From: Alphaproteobacteria bacterium
Lineage (GTDB): Bacteria > Pseudomonadota > Alphaproteobacteria > JANQMY01
DNA length: 64,000 bases
Direction: 5' to 3'
Assembly (NCBI GenBank): GCA_965227095.1
Contig: CBDDFL010000002.1
Coordinates: 83,025 to 147,024, forward strand
Shown here: positions 18,134 through 30,427 of the stretch, piece by piece
Position numbering within the stretch: the first letter of the stretch is position 1
How the letters are laid out: each line of letters starts with the position of its first letter
The notes under the pieces: model-generated
What the model saw: only the letters and a program-made list of their open reading frames with translations
Database searches by the model: none
What the model was told of the DNA's origin: nothing
Translations under genes and position numbers: made by a program

Positions 18134-19717
18134 ATGTCTGCATCCCTTTCAATTTCCGGCGTGTCTTGGTCAACACCTGACGGCACCCGGCTTTTCTCTG
18201 ACCTAAACCTGACTTTTGGCGCTGAGCGTGTTGGCATCGTTGGATTTAACGGTGTCGGCAAGAGCACACTATTGCGCCTGATTGCGGGAGACCTGACGCC
18301 AGATTCGGGTCAGGTGACGACATCGGGCCCCATCGCGATGATGCGGCAAGAGAGCATGGAGCAACCAGGAGACACGATTGCCGACCTGTTTGGCGTCCGC
18401 GCGGACCTTAATCTACTCGACCGGGCTGAAATCGGATGGGCGAGTGGCGATGAATTGGCCGACGCTGATTGGACATTGCCCGCGCGGCTTCAGTCGGCTC
18501 TGTCGAGATGCGGGCTTGCTGTTGATGCACAAACGCCCCTTGCCACTCTGTCCGGTGGACAATGCAGTCGTGCAGCCCTTGCCGCGCTGATTTTTATGGA
18601 GCCGGACTTTCTGCTTCTTGATGAGCCAACGAATAATCTTGACCGCGATGGGCGAAAAGCCGTGAGCGATGTTCTTCGCGGCTGGGCTGGAGGGGCGATT
18701 ATTGTCAGTCACGATCGCGGGTTGCTGGAGGAAATGGATGCGATTGTGGAGCTGACGTCTCTCGGCGCCACGCGTTACGGCGGAAACTACAGCACCTTCA
18801 GGCACCTGAAACAGGTTGAGGTGGATGCCGCGGCGCGCGATCTTTCCCATGCCGAAAAAGAGAAGGCCGAAGCCTCCCGGCGTGCGCAACAGGCCGCTGA
18901 GCGCAAGGCGCGTAAGGACAGTGCAGGGCGCAAGGCACGCACGAAAGGCGATCAGCCAAAAGTTGTCATGGATGCGGCCAAAGAAAGGGCGCAGGCGTCG
19001 GATGGAGCAGGGGCTCGCTTGCGCGACACAAAGCGGGAGGCAGCGGAGAACGCCCTGTCAAAGGCTCAGAACAAAATCGAAGTTCTTCAACCATTGCGAA
19101 TGGACGTTCCCTCAACCGGTCTCGCACCCAACAAAACAGTGCTTCAGCTTAACGATGTGAGCTTCGGCTATGATCCGGGTCGTCCTGTCATCCGTGATCT
19201 GTCGATGACGGTCACAGGTCCGGAACGCGTGGTCGTCGCCGGACCAAACGGTTGTGGCAAAACCACCCTTCTCAAATTGATCGCGAACACAATAAAGCCT
19301 CAGCAAGGGCGTATCGGCCTGAAGGTACCGTTTGCATTGCTGGATCAAAACATCGGATTGATCGATCCGACGAGGACACTGCAAGAGAGTTTCCTGCGCC
19401 TGAACCCCACCGCGACCGCGCATAGGGCGTACGAGGTGTTGGCGCGTTTCGGTTTTCGTTCCGATGACGCCAACCGGTCAGTAGGCGCCCTAAGTGGTGG
19501 AGAAAAGGTCCGTGCCGGTCTTGCCTGCACCCTTGGCGCCACGCCGCCCCCTTCGTTGTTGATTCTGGATGAACCGACGAACCATCTGGATTTGACCGGT
19601 ATTGCGGCCTTGGAGGATGCGCTGGCTGAATACGATGGGGCGTTGCTGGTTGTGAGCCACGACGAAGCGTTTCTAAAATCGATCGCGGTTGTCAAAACCA
19701 TCCGTTTGAGCGGGTGA
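18134..19717 (+). CDS. ABC-F family ATPase (two ABC domains, no transmembrane domain)
   Basis: Two Walker A motifs (GFNGVGKST and GPNGCGKTT), two ABC signature motifs (LSGGQCSR and LSGGEKVR), and a charged inter-domain linker rich in K/R/A/E. Confidence 0.85.
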   Translation: MSASLSISGVSWSTPDGTRLFSDLNLTFGAERVGIVGFNGVGKSTLLRLIAGDLTPDSGQVTTSGPIAMMRQESMEQPGDTIADLFGVRADLNLLDRAEIGWASGDELADADWTLPARLQSALSRCGLAVDAQTPLATLSGGQCSRAALAALIFMEPDFLLLDEPTNNLDRDGRKAVSDVLRGWAGGAIIVSHDRGLLEEMDAIVELTSLGATRYGGNYSTFRHLKQVEVDAAARDLSHAEKEKAEASRRAQQAAERKARKDSAGRKARTKGDQPKVVMDAAKERAQASDGAGARLRDTKREAAENALSKAQNKIEVLQPLRMDVPSTGLAPNKTVLQLNDVSFGYDPGRPVIRDLSMTVTGPERVVVAGPNGCGKTTLLKLIANTIKPQQGRIGLKVPFALLDQNIGLIDPTRTLQESFLRLNPTATAHRAYEVLARFGFRSDDANRSVGALSGGEKVRAGLACTLGATPPPSLLILDEPTNHLDLTGIAALEDALAEYDGALLVVSHDEAFLKSIAVVKTIRLSG

Positions 19718-19800
19718 CGGATCGTTTTGCGTCATGGCACCTGGACGGTCCATTCATTTCAGAAGATTGCCTACGTGTCCGGTATAGCCCCGAAAAACGC

Positions 19801-19890
<90 letters not shown>

Positions 19891-20173
19891 TTATCCAGCT
19901 GTTTCCACATCCGTTGAACACGGCAGGAAAGCGCGCACTATATACAGGACGCGCGGCGGTTCAATACCCCTATCATCGGGGGATTAACCATTAATCAAGC
20001 CATTCTCTGTTGCCGGGATAACACAGTTTTAGGGGCCCCAGGCCTCAACCGACCCGTTCATCACAACTTCGCTTGTTCGCCCCCGCCGGAAATATTAACG
20101 TTTGACCTAACGGCAGGCTCTTGTTCAGGGCCTGTCGGAGTATGGGCGGCAGATTTCTGCCGATTTTTGTAAT

Positions 20174-20485
20174 TTGAAGGGTCTTGGGGGCCTTCTTACG
20201 ATGATTATTTTTCGAATTATCAGCCTATTGCTGATTGCAGTGGCGCTCATGTTCTTAGGACATGACGCAATTTCTTGGCTCGAAGCCGGTGGGGATTTCG
20301 CGCCAACCTCTCTGTCCAGCGCGGCAGACATTTTCTTAGGTGAAGGAACGGGCGCCGGATGGGTCGCCGCGGCACCGGAAGCCATCCAGAATCCCGGCGT
20401 TCAAACCATTATGAATGCGCCGTCCTGGGCGTCTTTAGGTGTGGTGGGGCTTATTCTGGCCATTCTTTTCCGCCGCCGGGATTAA
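20174..20485 (+). CDS. hypothetical small membrane protein (TM-loop-TM)
   Basis: Has an N-terminal hydrophobic helix (IIFRIISLLLIAVALMFLG) and a C-terminal one (ASLGVVGLILAILF). An ATG at 20201 is preceded by GGGGG and is the likelier start. There are no family motifs. Confidence 0.35.
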   Translation: MKGLGGLLTMIIFRIISLLLIAVALMFLGHDAISWLEAGGDFAPTSLSSAADIFLGEGTGAGWVAAAPEAIQNPGVQTIMNAPSWASLGVVGLILAILFRRRD

Positions 20486-20587
20486 TCCTCACGTAACCAC
20501 ATTTTGACCAAATCTGACCATGATGTTGGTGGACAGCTACGGCTGGCCACCAATAATCATGCCTATGGTTTTGAATGACGTCGGAAT

Positions 20588-20905
20588 GTGGGGACCCAAA
20601 TGACGGCAGTTCGGGCGCTATCCGTGCTCTTCTTTGTGATCGCGGTGCTAATGGGCATCAGCGAGGTCATTACCGCCTATATGGGCGGTACGGCCTTTCA
20701 TATGCGCAGTTTCGGTGAATGGTGGTATGGTCTCAGCCCCAGCAGCCTCAATGGCACCCAAGCGTTCATTCAGCGCTATTTGTGGCCGCCGTTATGGGAT
20801 CCGCTGATCGTGTCGTTCTTGCGTTTGCCGGGCGTTCCGGCAGCGGCCGGGATCGGTGCGCTGTTGATGGCCATTTCAGTGGCGGGGAAACGTCCAACCT
20901 ATTAG
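20588..20905 (+). CDS. hypothetical small membrane protein (TM-loop-TM), same architecture as the neighbouring ORF
   Basis: Has the N-terminal helix ALSVLFFVIAVLMGI and the C-terminal helix AAAGIGALLMAISVAG. Confidence 0.35.
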   Translation: MGTQMTAVRALSVLFFVIAVLMGISEVITAYMGGTAFHMRSFGEWWYGLSPSSLNGTQAFIQRYLWPPLWDPLIVSFLRLPGVPAAAGIGALLMAISVAGKRPTY

Positions 20906-20917
20906 CGGCGGTGTGTC

Positions 20918-22723
20918 CTAGTCGTCGTCCATCTTCAGGGCGGCAATGAAGGCTTGTTGTGGAATTTCCACCTTGCCGAATTGGCGCATCTTCTTCTTAC
21001 CCTCTTTCTGCTTGTCCAACAGTTTGCGCTTCCGCGTGATATCACCGCCATAACACTTGGCGGTCACGTCCTTGCGCAGGGCCTTCACATTTTCCCGGGC
21101 AATGATCCGGCCGCCGATCGCGGCCTGGATGGGAATTTGGAATAAATGGCGCGGGATCAAATCCTTCAGCTTTTCGCACATGGCGCGTCCGCGGGATTCG
21201 GCGCGTTCCTCATGAACGATGATCGACAAGGCATCCACCGGTTCGGCGTTTACCAGGATCGACATTTTCACCAACTTGCCGGTTTCATAGCCGTCAAGCT
21301 GATAGTCGAAGCTGGCATAGCCACGGGTCACCGATTTGATGCGGTCGTAAAAGTCAAACACCACTTCGTTCAACGGCAGCCGATAGGTCACCATGGCGCG
21401 CGTGCCGGCATAGGTCAGGTCTTGCTGAATGCCGCGCCGGTCTTCGCACAACTTAAGAACGGCCCCTAAGAATTCATCGGGCACCAAGATGGTGGCGTTG
21501 ATCCACGGTTCTTCGATGTAATCGATCTTCACCGGGTCCGGCATATCGACCGGGTTATGCAGTTCGATTATTTCGCCGTCAGTCAGATGTATTTGATAAA
21601 TCACCGACGGCGCTGTGGTGATGATGTCGATGTTGAATTCACGTTCGATCCGTTCCCGGATGATTTCAAGGTGGAGTAAACCCAGAAATCCGCAACGGAA
21701 GCCAAAACCAAGGGCCGCGCTTGTTTCCATTTCATATTGGAAGCTGGCATCGTTCAGCCGCAGCTTGCCCATGGCGTCGCGCATGGCCTCGAAGTCGCCG
21801 GCATCCACCGGGAAGAAACCGCAAAACACGACCGGCTGCACAGGCTTAAAGCCGGGCAGGGGATCTTCGATTTCAGATTTTTCATCGACAACCGTATCGC
21901 CCACGCGTGTGTCGGCCACTTCCTTGATGCTGGCCGTCAAAAACCCGATTTCACCGGGGCCAAGCGCTTTTACTTCTTCCCGCTTCGGCGTGAACACACC
22001 CACACGGTCGACGCCATAGGTGGCGTCGGTCGCCAGCATCTTGATCCGCTGTCCCTTCTTCAGGGTACCACTGATGATCCGTACCAAGACCACCACGCCC
22101 AGATAGACATCGTACCAACTATCAATCAGCAGGGCTTTCAAGGGGTCGTCGGCGCTGCCTCCGGACGGCGGGGGCAACCGTGTGACAATTGCTTCCAATG
22201 CCTCTTCGATTCCAATACCCGTCTTGGCGGAAATTTCCAGAGCATCGCTGGCGTCCAAACCAATCACATCTTCGATTTGGGTGCGCACCCGGTCGGGTTC
22301 TGCGGCCGGCAGATCGATTTTGTTGAGAACCGGCACGATCTCGTGGTTGTTGTCGATGGCTTGATACACATTGGCCAGGGTTTGTGCTTCCACGCCTTGG
22401 CTCGCATCCACCACCAGCAGGGACCCTTCACAGGCGGCGAGGCAGCGGCTCACCTCATAGGTGAAGTCCACATGGCCTGGTGTGTCCATGAGGTTCAGCA
22501 CATAGGTTTCGCCGTCCTGGGCTTTGTATTCCAGCCGCACGGTTTGCGCTTTGATGGTGATGCCGCGCTCGCGTTCCAATTCCATGGAATCGAGCACTTG
22601 TTCTTTCATCTCCCGATCACTCAACCCCCCGCAGGTCTGGATCAGCCGGTCGGCCAGCGTGGATTTGCCGTGATCGATATGCGCAACGATCGAAAAATTA
22701 CGAATATTCTTGAGTGGAGTCAT
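20918..22723 (-). CDS. lepA: elongation factor 4
   Basis: Contains [19 protein letters not shown]…DTPGHVDF…NKIDL (the GTPase motifs) and has a full-length LepA-like ORF of 601 aa. Confidence 0.95.
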   Translation of the reverse strand: MTPLKNIRNFSIVAHIDHGKSTLADRLIQTCGGLSDREMKEQVLDSMELERERGITIKAQTVRLEYKAQDGETYVLNLMDTPGHVDFTYEVSRCLAACEGSLLVVDASQGVEAQTLANVYQAIDNNHEIVPVLNKIDLPAAEPDRVRTQIEDVIGLDASDALEISAKTGIGIEEALEAIVTRLPPPSGGSADDPLKALLIDSWYDVYLGVVVLVRIISGTLKKGQRIKMLATDATYGVDRVGVFTPKREEVKALGPGEIGFLTASIKEVADTRVGDTVVDEKSEIEDPLPGFKPVQPVVFCGFFPVDAGDFEAMRDAMGKLRLNDASFQYEMETSAALGFGFRCGFLGLLHLEIIRERIEREFNIDIITTAPSVIYQIHLTDGEIIELHNPVDMPDPVKIDYIEEPWINATILVPDEFLGAVLKLCEDRRGIQQDLTYAGTRAMVTYRLPLNEVVFDFYDRIKSVTRGYASFDYQLDGYETGKLVKMSILVNAEPVDALSIIVHEERAESRGRAMCEKLKDLIPRHLFQIPIQAAIGGRIIARENVKALRKDVTAKCYGGDITRKRKLLDKQKEGKKKMRQFGKVEIPQQAFIAALKMDDD

Positions 22724-22882
22724 TGTGGGCGGCTTTTATCACCCCGATTTGGAAACGCCAAGCAGAAGCGGGGTTTTTGGCATGCAATAGGAGACAAAGC
22801 CAATAATCTTGGCTAGACTTTTCCCGTCGGGGTGGTGCGGGCCGTGTATTGGGCCCCAAAACCCGAGCAAGGTCGTGAGTAA

Positions 22883-23944
22883 GTGGGTAGTGTCATGCGT
22901 ATCAATGACGAACGGGGCGCCGGAGGCGTGTCCCCGCCTTTGCGTTTGGGAATGGCATTATGGCGCCGTAAGGCCGCCAATCCGACACAAACAGACGACG
23001 AGAGACCCCTACAGGATACCCCTCCAGTTGCCCGATTTACCGTCTATCGCGCCTTGCGGGGTGGCTTAGCGTTTTCCCTTGGCCAGCCCATCCATTTGTT
23101 CCGCCTGACAGCCCTTCCAATCTTGGCTTTCTTGGCCAGCCTGTTTTTGTTTGTGACCTATCACATGGCCTATATGGCGTTCGTTCCGGATCAGTTTGGT
23201 CCTTTTGACTGGCTGCGGGCCGCTTTCGCGGGATTTTTGTTTCTCTGGGCATGGACGACGCTATGGGGCGGCCTGTTTGGCCATTTCTTTGGGAAACAGA
23301 ATGGGCCAAACAGCGCTCCGGCAGGCGGCCGCGGGGCGAATGGGCGCCTTCTGCTTGCCTTTGCTGTTTTGTGGTCGGTACCGCTGAGCATCGGGGCGCT
23401 GGTGATGTGGGGCAACACAGTTTTTCGGTTCGCCCAATTGGCCAGTGCGGATATCGTGCTGCCCGCTGCAAGCTACCAGCCGCGCCCGCTTGGGCAAGAG
23501 ATGGATTTTCTGTGGCCTCTGGTGCCGGTGGGCGGAATTGGGGCGTCGATGATCACCATGGCGCTCGTCTTGTTTGCGGTGTTCCTGCTGGTGCGTTTGG
23601 GATTCTTGATACCGGATGCTGTGTCCTCCGGACGCCTTAGTCCATTTCGCGTGTGGCGCCAGACACAAGGCTTGTTCTGGCCCACCATCGGATTGTTCCT
23701 ATTTTCTTTGCCCGCTCTTTTGATGCTGCTGGGGGGACCGACGACACTTGGTATTTTCGCGACCTATTATCTGTATCCGGACCTTCTGGCGGAAGATGTG
23801 AAGATCACATTGGTGGCGCGAGAGGTTTGGGATCTGCTGCCGCTGTGGCCCACCTTTGTTGGCGGCGCCGTAGGATTAAGCTTTTGTGCCGCCTTTTGGA
23901 CGGCGGCCTTTGGAACGCTTTATCGTTCACGCGTGAGCACATAA
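22883..23944 (+). CDS. hypothetical polytopic membrane protein
   Basis: 353 aa with at least 8 hydrophobic segments rich in W, F and L. No family was recognised. Confidence 0.5.
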   Translation: MGSVMRINDERGAGGVSPPLRLGMALWRRKAANPTQTDDERPLQDTPPVARFTVYRALRGGLAFSLGQPIHLFRLTALPILAFLASLFLFVTYHMAYMAFVPDQFGPFDWLRAAFAGFLFLWAWTTLWGGLFGHFFGKQNGPNSAPAGGRGANGRLLLAFAVLWSVPLSIGALVMWGNTVFRFAQLASADIVLPAASYQPRPLGQEMDFLWPLVPVGGIGASMITMALVLFAVFLLVRLGFLIPDAVSSGRLSPFRVWRQTQGLFWPTIGLFLFSLPALLMLLGGPTTLGIFATYYLYPDLLAEDVKITLVAREVWDLLPLWPTFVGGAVGLSFCAAFWTAAFGTLYRSRVST

Positions 23945-23996
23945 AAAACGCGGACCGTGATGTGGCCCGCGTTTTGAACATTTATGTGAGTGTGCG

Positions 23997-24527
23997 CTAG
24001 TTGCTCATTTCCAAGATCGACAACGGCTTGCCGGTGGCCTTCCAGTTGGGTGGCATCACGCCCGACCATTCCAATGAAGCGGCTTGCACCAGCGGGACCT
24101 CATAGTACCGGGCCACTTGGGCGCCGGACATGTTTTGACAATCGCGTTCCGACATTTTGAGCGACAGGCCGGCGACTGCGCAATCCACTTGAAAATTGGC
24201 TTGGTTGGACACCGGTTTCAGATTGACGCGCACCTCTGAAATGCCGGACGTCGATCCCTTGTTTTGGAATGCGGCGGCGACCACTTCCGTGGTCAGTGTT
24301 TCGAAGCCGGGGGCGGCACAACTGATCGCCAGCGGCGCGTCGTTAGACCCGACTTTGATCATCGCGTTTGCGGACACACCGCTCGCTAAAATCGCTCCGT
24401 TTTGCTGCACATCGCACACTGCCGATGCGGGCGTTGCTTTGAGGGCAACCGATGTATTTGCGCCCGACGACGCACAAGCTGCCAACGCGCCTGCGCATAG
24501 CAGCGCCATGCCGTGAAGAATACGCAT
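23997..24527 (-). CDS. hypothetical lipoprotein/secreted protein
   Basis: Has a signal peptide followed by a Cys (MALLCAGALAACASS). No family was recognised. Confidence 0.45.
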   Translation of the reverse strand: MRILHGMALLCAGALAACASSGANTSVALKATPASAVCDVQQNGAILASGVSANAMIKVGSNDAPLAISCAAPGFETLTTEVVAAAFQNKGSTSGISEVRVNLKPVSNQANFQVDCAVAGLSLKMSERDCQNMSGAQVARYYEVPLVQAASLEWSGVMPPNWKATGKPLSILEMSN

Positions 24528-24649
24528 GGTACCCCTCCTATGTCTCCATTACCTGTTACGAAGCATAAAGAGGGGCGGTGAACGGAACCCTAACCTTTCA
24601 AATTGCTTAAAATGCGATGGAACACCGGCGCGACGGGGCCAAAAACCGC

Positions 24650-27067
24650 CTATCCGCGCAGTTTTCCGCCCGTTGATTTCACGACGGCAGCGATCACCTT
24701 GTCGCTCACCAAATCGATTTCTTGGTCGGTGAGCGTTTTATCAAGGGGCTGCAGATGCACTTTCAGGCTGACAGACTTGGAACCGTCCTCCAGGTCGCCG
24801 CCCTTGAAAACGTCAAACACATCGACCGCGGTGATCAGCTTTTTGTCGGCGCCTTTTGCGGCGCGCAGTAACACATCGGCGGTTACGTCGTCCGCGACTT
24901 CGAAGGAAAAGTCGCGTTCAACCGCTTGCAAGTCCGATGCGGTAAAGGCAGGCCGCGCTTTGCTGCCTTTGGCCTTTGGGGCGGGCACGTCATCCACCAA
25001 GATTTCGAATGCCACCACGGGGCCTTTAATATCCAGATCGCGCAGCACACGCGGGTGAACCTCGCCGAAATAGGCCAAATGTTTCTTAGGGCCCAGGCAA
25101 ATCGTACCGGCCCGGCCCGGGTGGTACCAGTCAGGCGCCGTTGCCATCACCTGCGCACTGTCCGCCGGGCCGCCAATGGCCTCAAGAACCGCGAGGGCAT
25201 CATTCTTCGCATCATAGGCGTTCACATCGCGGCGTGTGCCCTGCCAATGACGCGGGGCGGTGGTGCCTTTGCGAATACCGGAAATCGCAATGCTTTGATC
25301 TTCTGGTTGATCGCCCGCAAATTGCGGACCGCTTTCAAACAAGGCGATATCTGCAAATCCGCGATCGTCATTGTGCTGAGCGGCGTCCAGCAGGCCCGGC
25401 AGAATGCTTGGGCGCATCACATTCATTTCCGATGAAATCGGGTTTGCCAACTCCACATGCGCATTATCACCGGCAAACAGCTTGGCTATCTTGTCCGAGA
25501 TGAAAGACCAGGTGACCGCTTCCACCATGCCCCGGCTGGCAAGGGCCCGGCGCGCGGTGGCAAGCCGCCGTTGTTTGGTGGTGAGGATGGGCTTTGCCAC
25601 CCCATGCAAGCGCGGCAGGGGCGTCGATGGTACATGGTCAAGGCCGTGGACACGCACCACCTCTTCCACCAGATCGGCGCTGCCTTCAATGTCTGGGCGC
25701 CATCCGGGCGCGCGCACATCCATTGCCGTGCCGGACTTGCTGGCGTGATCAATGGTGAAGCCGAGTTTTTCCAGCGTCGCTTCCGCATCGTCCGACGGAA
25801 TGTCGAGCCCGGTGAGGCGCTTGATTTGGTTCGTGTCAAAGCGGATTGGATCCGCCGCGGGCAAAGGGGCGCCCGCCACTTCGGTGCTGCTGGCGTCACC
25901 GCCGCATAGGTCCAGCACCAAGCGCGTGGCAAGGGCAAGACCCTCCATCACGAAGTCGGAATCGACACCCCGCTCAAAGCGATACCGGGCATCGGATTCA
26001 ATACCAAGCTTGCGGCCCGACGTTGCGATGCTGATCGGATCGAAATAGGCGCACTCGATGAACACATTGGTGGTGTCTTCGGTGACGCCGCTGGGTTCAC
26101 CGCCAATGATACCGCCAATGCCCAATGCCGTGCTGTCGTCGGCGATGACACAAACGGTCTCGTCCACGTCATATTCATTGCCGTCAAGCGCCGTGATCTT
26201 TTCGCCGGACCGTCCCAAACGGGCACCGATATTGCCGTTCAGCTTGTCCGCGTCATAAACGTGCAGCGGCCGGCCCCGGTCATACGTGATCAAATTGGTG
26301 ATATCCACCAAGGTAGAGATCGGGCGCAAACCGATCGCACGGAGCCGTTTCTGCAACCAGTCCGGACTCGGACCATTCTTGACGCCACGCACATAGGTGC
26401 CCGCGAACATGGAACAGGGCATCGGGCTGCGATCGGGAAAATCCAAACTGATCTTGATCGGATTTTCAAATTCACCGCCCACGTGCTCCGTTTTGTCGTC
26501 GGCTTTTAGAATGCCAAGACCCCGGGCCGCAAGGTCGCGTGCGATGCCCCGCACGCCAAGGCAATCCGGACGGTTAGGGGTGATGGCAATCTCGATGACC
26601 GGATCGTTAAGGTCCATGGCATCGGCCATCGGCGTGCCCACAACCGCGTCCTCTGCAAGATCAATAATGCCCTCATGTTCATCTGACAGGCCCATTTCCC
26701 GTTCCGACACCAGCATGCCGTTGGAACTGACGCCGCGAATTTCCGTAGGCTTCAGGACTAAGCCAGACCCCGGGATCGCGGTGCCGCTGGGCGCAAACAC
26801 CGCTTTCATACCCGTGCGCGCATTGGGGGCGCCGCAGACCACTTGGACGGTTTCTTCGCCTGTGTCTACCTGGCAGACGCGCAGTTTATCCGCATTCGGA
26901 TGTTTCTCGGCGGATATCACATGGGCGACTTTGAACGGCGCCAGTGTTTCCGCCAGATCTTCAACGCCTTCCACTTCTAGCCCAAGGGAATTGAGGCCGT
27001 TAGTGATGTCGTCCAAACTGGCCTCGGTGTGCAAATGCTCTTTGAGCCATTCCAATGTGAATTTCAT
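24650..27067 (-). CDS. pheT: phenylalanine--tRNA ligase beta subunit
   Basis: Begins [12 protein letters not shown]… and has the B3/B4, tRNA-binding and FDX-ACB domain order. The start at 27067 overlaps the pheS stop by 4 bp (ATGA). The track ORF is extended upstream to 27130. Confidence 0.95.
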   Translation of the reverse strand: MKFTLEWLKEHLHTEASLDDITNGLNSLGLEVEGVEDLAETLAPFKVAHVISAEKHPNADKLRVCQVDTGEETVQVVCGAPNARTGMKAVFAPSGTAIPGSGLVLKPTEIRGVSSNGMLVSEREMGLSDEHEGIIDLAEDAVVGTPMADAMDLNDPVIEIAITPNRPDCLGVRGIARDLAARGLGILKADDKTEHVGGEFENPIKISLDFPDRSPMPCSMFAGTYVRGVKNGPSPDWLQKRLRAIGLRPISTLVDITNLITYDRGRPLHVYDADKLNGNIGARLGRSGEKITALDGNEYDVDETVCVIADDSTALGIGGIIGGEPSGVTEDTTNVFIECAYFDPISIATSGRKLGIESDARYRFERGVDSDFVMEGLALATRLVLDLCGGDASSTEVAGAPLPAADPIRFDTNQIKRLTGLDIPSDDAEATLEKLGFTIDHASKSGTAMDVRAPGWRPDIEGSADLVEEVVRVHGLDHVPSTPLPRLHGVAKPILTTKQRRLATARRALASRGMVEAVTWSFISDKIAKLFAGDNAHVELANPISSEMNVMRPSILPGLLDAAQHNDDRGFADIALFESGPQFAGDQPEDQSIAISGIRKGTTAPRHWQGTRRDVNAYDAKNDALAVLEAIGGPADSAQVMATAPDWYHPGRAGTICLGPKKHLAYFGEVHPRVLRDLDIKGPVVAFEILVDDVPAPKAKGSKARPAFTASDLQAVERDFSFEVADDVTADVLLRAAKGADKKLITAVDVFDVFKGGDLEDGSKSVSLKVHLQPLDKTLTDQEIDLVSDKVIAAVVKSTGGKLRG

Positions 27068-28149
27068 CGGCTCAGCCCCCCAGCCAAGTTGGGGATGTCC
27101 AGCGACTGGAACCCGTAATGGCGCAGCCACCGCAAATCAGCGGCAAAGAAGGCGCGCAAATCCGGGATGCCGTATTTCAACATGGCCATGCGGTCGATGC
27201 CCACGCCGAAGGCAAAGCCTTGGTATTCGTTGGGATCGAGCCCCACATAGTGCAGCACTTTGGGATGGACCATGCCGCAGCCCAATATCTCAAGCCAATC
27301 GTCCCCTTCGCCTAACAGGATTTGTCCACCCTCGCGGCGGCAGCGAATGTCTACCTCCATGGATGGTTCCGTGAACGGGAAATAAGACGGGCGGAACCGC
27401 ATGCTGATCGCATCCAGCTCGAAATAGGCTTTGCAGAATTCCTCCAACACCCATTTGAGGTGACCCATATGAGTTTGCTTGTCGATCACCAGGCCTTCCA
27501 CCTGGTGGAACATGGGCGTGTGGGTTTGGTCGGAATCCATGCGATACACGCGACCCGGGGCAATAATCCGGTGCGGTGGTTTTTCCGCCAGCATGGTTCG
27601 GATCTGCACGGGGCTGGTATGGGTGCGCAATACCGGACGCGACCCGTCGGCCTTTTCTTCCAGATAGAACGTATCGTGCATTTGGCGCGCGGGGTGTTCC
27701 GGTGGAATGTTCAGCGCCGTGAAGTTCATTTCATCCGATTCAATATCGGGCCCTTCGGCAATGGCGAAGCCCATATCGGCGAAAATGGCGCCCAGCTCAT
27801 CAATGGTTTGGCTGATCGGGTGAATGCGGCCCGTCGATGACGACAGAACCGGCAAGGTCACATCGATTTTCTCGCTTGCCAAGCGCGCGTTCAGTTCCGC
27901 GTCTTCGAGCGCGGTCTTGCGGTCCAAAACGGCTTGATTGACCCGTTCCTTCAGGCCGTTTAGCAACGGCCCTTTTTCTTTGCGTTCCTCGGCGCTCATG
28001 CTGCCGAGGGTTTTCATGAGTGCGCTGATGCGGCCCTTTTTGCCAAGGGCGTCCACGCGCACAGTTTCTAACGATGCCTGGCTATCGGCATCGCTGATCT
28101 GGGCTAGAATTTCAGTCTCTAGCGCTTCGATATCTGACATTGGTCCCAC
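27064..28149 (-). CDS. pheS: phenylalanine--tRNA ligase alpha subunit
   Basis: Contains …[16 protein letters not shown]…, the class II aaRS motifs. 361 aa. Confidence 0.95.
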   Translation of the reverse strand: MGPMSDIEALETEILAQISDADSQASLETVRVDALGKKGRISALMKTLGSMSAEERKEKGPLLNGLKERVNQAVLDRKTALEDAELNARLASEKIDVTLPVLSSSTGRIHPISQTIDELGAIFADMGFAIAEGPDIESDEMNFTALNIPPEHPARQMHDTFYLEEKADGSRPVLRTHTSPVQIRTMLAEKPPHRIIAPGRVYRMDSDQTHTPMFHQVEGLVIDKQTHMGHLKWVLEEFCKAYFELDAISMRFRPSYFPFTEPSMEVDIRCRREGGQILLGEGDDWLEILGCGMVHPKVLHYVGLDPNEYQGFAFGVGIDRMAMLKYGIPDLRAFFAADLRWLRHYGFQSLDIPNLAGGLSR

Positions 28150-28221
28150 TTAAATCTATAGGTCCGGCTTCCGCCGGGGGAGGAAGCAGGATGGCAAGAG
28201 ACGCCTAGACTTATAGGGGAT

Positions 28222-28578
28222 CTATGCCAACGCTTCGCTTGCTTTGTCCACCAAAGCCTTAAAGGCTTCAGGTTCGCGGACGGCAAGGTCCGCCAGGACT
28301 TTACGGTCAACTTCGATACCGGCCCGACCAAGGCCGTTGATAAATCGACCGTAAGTCAGTCCATGCTCGCGGACAGCGGCATTGATGCGTTGGATCCAAA
28401 GAGCGCGGAAATTGCGCTTCTTCGTCCGCCGGTCGCGATAGGCGTATTGCAGGGCCTTTTCAACGGCCGGACGGGCGTTGGTGTAGGTGTTTTTCCGGCG
28501 TCCGTAATAGCCTTTAGCGGCTTTCAGGAACTTATTGCGCCGGGCGCGTGATTGAACACTGCGAGATGCGCGGCTCAT
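28222..28578 (-). CDS. rplT: 50S ribosomal protein L20
   Basis: Begins [30 protein letters not shown]…. Confidence 0.95.
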   Translation of the reverse strand: MSRASRSVQSRARRNKFLKAAKGYYGRRKNTYTNARPAVEKALQYAYRDRRTKKRNFRALWIQRINAAVREHGLTYGRFINGLGRAGIEVDRKVLADLAVREPEAFKALVDKASEALA

Positions 28579-28628
28579 ATGTCGTTCTCCTAACTGTCAG
28601 CTTGTCGAATGTGGCTTGGCAGCCGTCG

Positions 28629-28826
28629 TTAGCCGTAAGGCATCCACTTTTTGACCTTCTTAGCGTCGGCGTCGCTGAGGACAGCGGTGCCGCGAAGGTT
28701 GCGAATTTGGTCTTTAGACCGCTTGATCATGCCATGGCGCTTGCCGGCTTGACCGTGCTTGACCTTGCCTTTTGCGGTTAGGCGGAAACGTTTTTTCACG
28801 CCGCTTTTGGTCTTCATTTTGGGCAT
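28629..28826 (-). CDS. rpmI: 50S ribosomal protein L35
   Basis: Begins [24 protein letters not shown]…. 65 aa. Confidence 0.9.
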   Translation of the reverse strand: MPKMKTKSGVKKRFRLTAKGKVKHGQAGKRHGMIKRSKDQIRNLRGTAVLSDADAKKVKKWMPYG

Positions 28827-29057
28827 TTTGCGTCTTCCTTTGACGGGTACGGTGTGAAGGCCACCGGAACCCGATGTTATGGTGCATTTGGAGCTGCCAC
28901 GGCATGCCCTATCCAGGCCGGACCGCTCGTTAAAGGTGGCGTGTTATACGGCAAAATCCCGAAAATGCAAGTAACGGGGAGGGAATTGTGCCAATCGGTC
29001 ACAAATTGGCATGCTGCCACGTCAAATCCAATAATCGACAAAGAGCTGGAGCGAGAA

Positions 29058-29495
29058 ATGACCGGAAATGTTGGGATGTCGACGGACACTTGGTACGACC
29101 AAGGCCTCCTCTATGTGGTTGGATTTCTGGGGCTGGTAAATGCCGCCAATGGCTTGTTTATGTTTTTTGCGCCTCAAACCTGGTTTTTCACAACCCCGGG
29201 GGTGATCGATACAGGGCCCTTCAACCATCACCTGGTTCAGGATGTGGGGACAGCCTATTTCATGACCGCCATTGCCGCTTTTTGGGCGCTGCGGGTGCCG
29301 GCCTACCGGTTTCCGTTGATGGCCGTTGCCAGTGTTTTTATCGGTCTTCACGGTGTTATTCATGTGGTGGATATCATTGAAGGCCGGTGTGGGGACCCGA
29401 CGGATGATGTTTTGGCCGTTATTCTGCCGGCGCTGCTGTGGATTGCGGTGACGGCCCGACTGGGACAAATAGGACCCACATCCTCGAAAATGTGA
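29058..29495 (+). CDS. hypothetical membrane protein
   Basis: An ATG at 29058 follows a GGAG-like site. It has four hydrophobic helices (e.g. LLYVVGFLGLVNAANGLFMFFA). The track ORF is extended to 28854. Confidence 0.45.
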   Translation: MTGNVGMSTDTWYDQGLLYVVGFLGLVNAANGLFMFFAPQTWFFTTPGVIDTGPFNHHLVQDVGTAYFMTAIAAFWALRVPAYRFPLMAVASVFIGLHGVIHVVDIIEGRCGDPTDDVLAVILPALLWIAVTARLGQIGPTSSKM

Positions 29496-29659
29496 CCAAA
29501 AACCAACCTTTTTGGTCAGTTATATCAAGCAAGCATTTCCAGACGGCGTATACTGGCGTGACGGGACCGGCCTGATTTCGGTCCCTTGAGCGTCTTTGAG
29601 GTTGCGATGTCGTGTGCCGCCGCTGAGATCTCAGAATGGTAGAAAGGTCGGCAAACGCG

Positions 29660-30208
29660 ATGCAGAAAACAAACTCGAAAGCGCTTTTTGTTTTAAGTGC
29701 CCTTTTAACAGGGGTTCTTTCCGGCACTGCATGGGCGGCCGGTTCCATGCCAGAAGACCTTCCCAAGGCACCTGCTCTTCCGGTGCCACCGCCGGACCTC
29801 ATGGAAGAAATTGCGCAAGGCTTCATCCTGTTTGACCGCAATGGCGATGAAGTGATCACCGTCGAAGAATTGGGACAGGTCATGTTCTCGTTCGGCGACA
29901 AGCCCACCGAAGAAGAAGTTCAGATCATGATCACCGCGAACGATACATCTGGCGACGGTGTGATCGATTTTCCCGAATTTGTTCGGATGATGCACAATGT
30001 CCCGCGTCAGCAGGATGTGCGTGCGGCTTTCGTCACGTTCGACCGCGACAATGACGAATTCATCGACAGCAGCGAATTGTCTTTTGCGATGGCGGAAATC
30101 GGTGAAGACCTCAACGAAGACGAAGTCCTCGCGATGATTGACGAAGTGGATGACAATGGCGACCGCCTGGTCGACTACCCCGAATTCGTCGAAATCATGA
30201 CACGCTAA
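29660..30208 (+). CDS. secreted calmodulin-like protein with four EF-hands
   Basis: Has a Sec signal peptide (MQKTNSKALFVLSALLTGVLSGTAWAAGS). It carries four canonical 12-residue Ca-binding loops: DRNGDEVITVEE, DTSGDGVIDFPE, DRDNDEFIDSSE and DDNGDRLVDYPE. Confidence 0.7.
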   Translation: MQKTNSKALFVLSALLTGVLSGTAWAAGSMPEDLPKAPALPVPPPDLMEEIAQGFILFDRNGDEVITVEELGQVMFSFGDKPTEEEVQIMITANDTSGDGVIDFPEFVRMMHNVPRQQDVRAAFVTFDRDNDEFIDSSELSFAMAEIGEDLNEDEVLAMIDEVDDNGDRLVDYPEFVEIMTR

Positions 30209-30381
30209 CGTCAGAGACCGGACGCATAAACAAGACTGCTTCGCGCGTTCGTCTTTAAACTGACAAATTTCCGTTTTATGACAGTCTTGCTAAAAGACGG
30301 TGGTGGTTTACCGCGTGCCGAACTGCGATTGGCGGTTGTGCTGGTATTGCATTTGCCACTACAGTCATAACGACCGTTTTC

Positions 30382-30390
30382 GTGGTATAC
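30382..30390 (+). promoter_or_regulatory. extended -10 promoter element (TGgTATACT) for cspA
   Basis: TG-n-TATACT lies 38 nt upstream of the cspA ATG. An AGGA Shine-Dalgarno lies 11 nt before the ATG. Confidence 0.4.
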
Positions 30391-30427
30391 TACGAGCGCA
30401 TTTTTCTCTGATTTAGGACTTTTTGAC

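Noticed and set aside
18134-19717. Possible polysaccharide ABC exporter (Wzt-like) for the island.
   Set aside because: It has two tandem ABC domains with a charged linker and no transmembrane partner, which is the ABC-F (translation factor/ARE-like) architecture, not a transporter.
21737-22816. 359-aa plus-strand ORF antisense to lepA.
   Set aside because: It lies entirely inside the well-supported lepA gene. Its translation is His/Gly/Ala-rich low complexity, typical of shadow ORFs in GC-rich DNA.
24926-26509. Several 80-170-aa ORFs on the plus strand within pheT.
   Set aside because: They are antisense to pheT, overlap each other in different frames, and have Arg/Pro/His-rich composition, so they are shadow ORFs.
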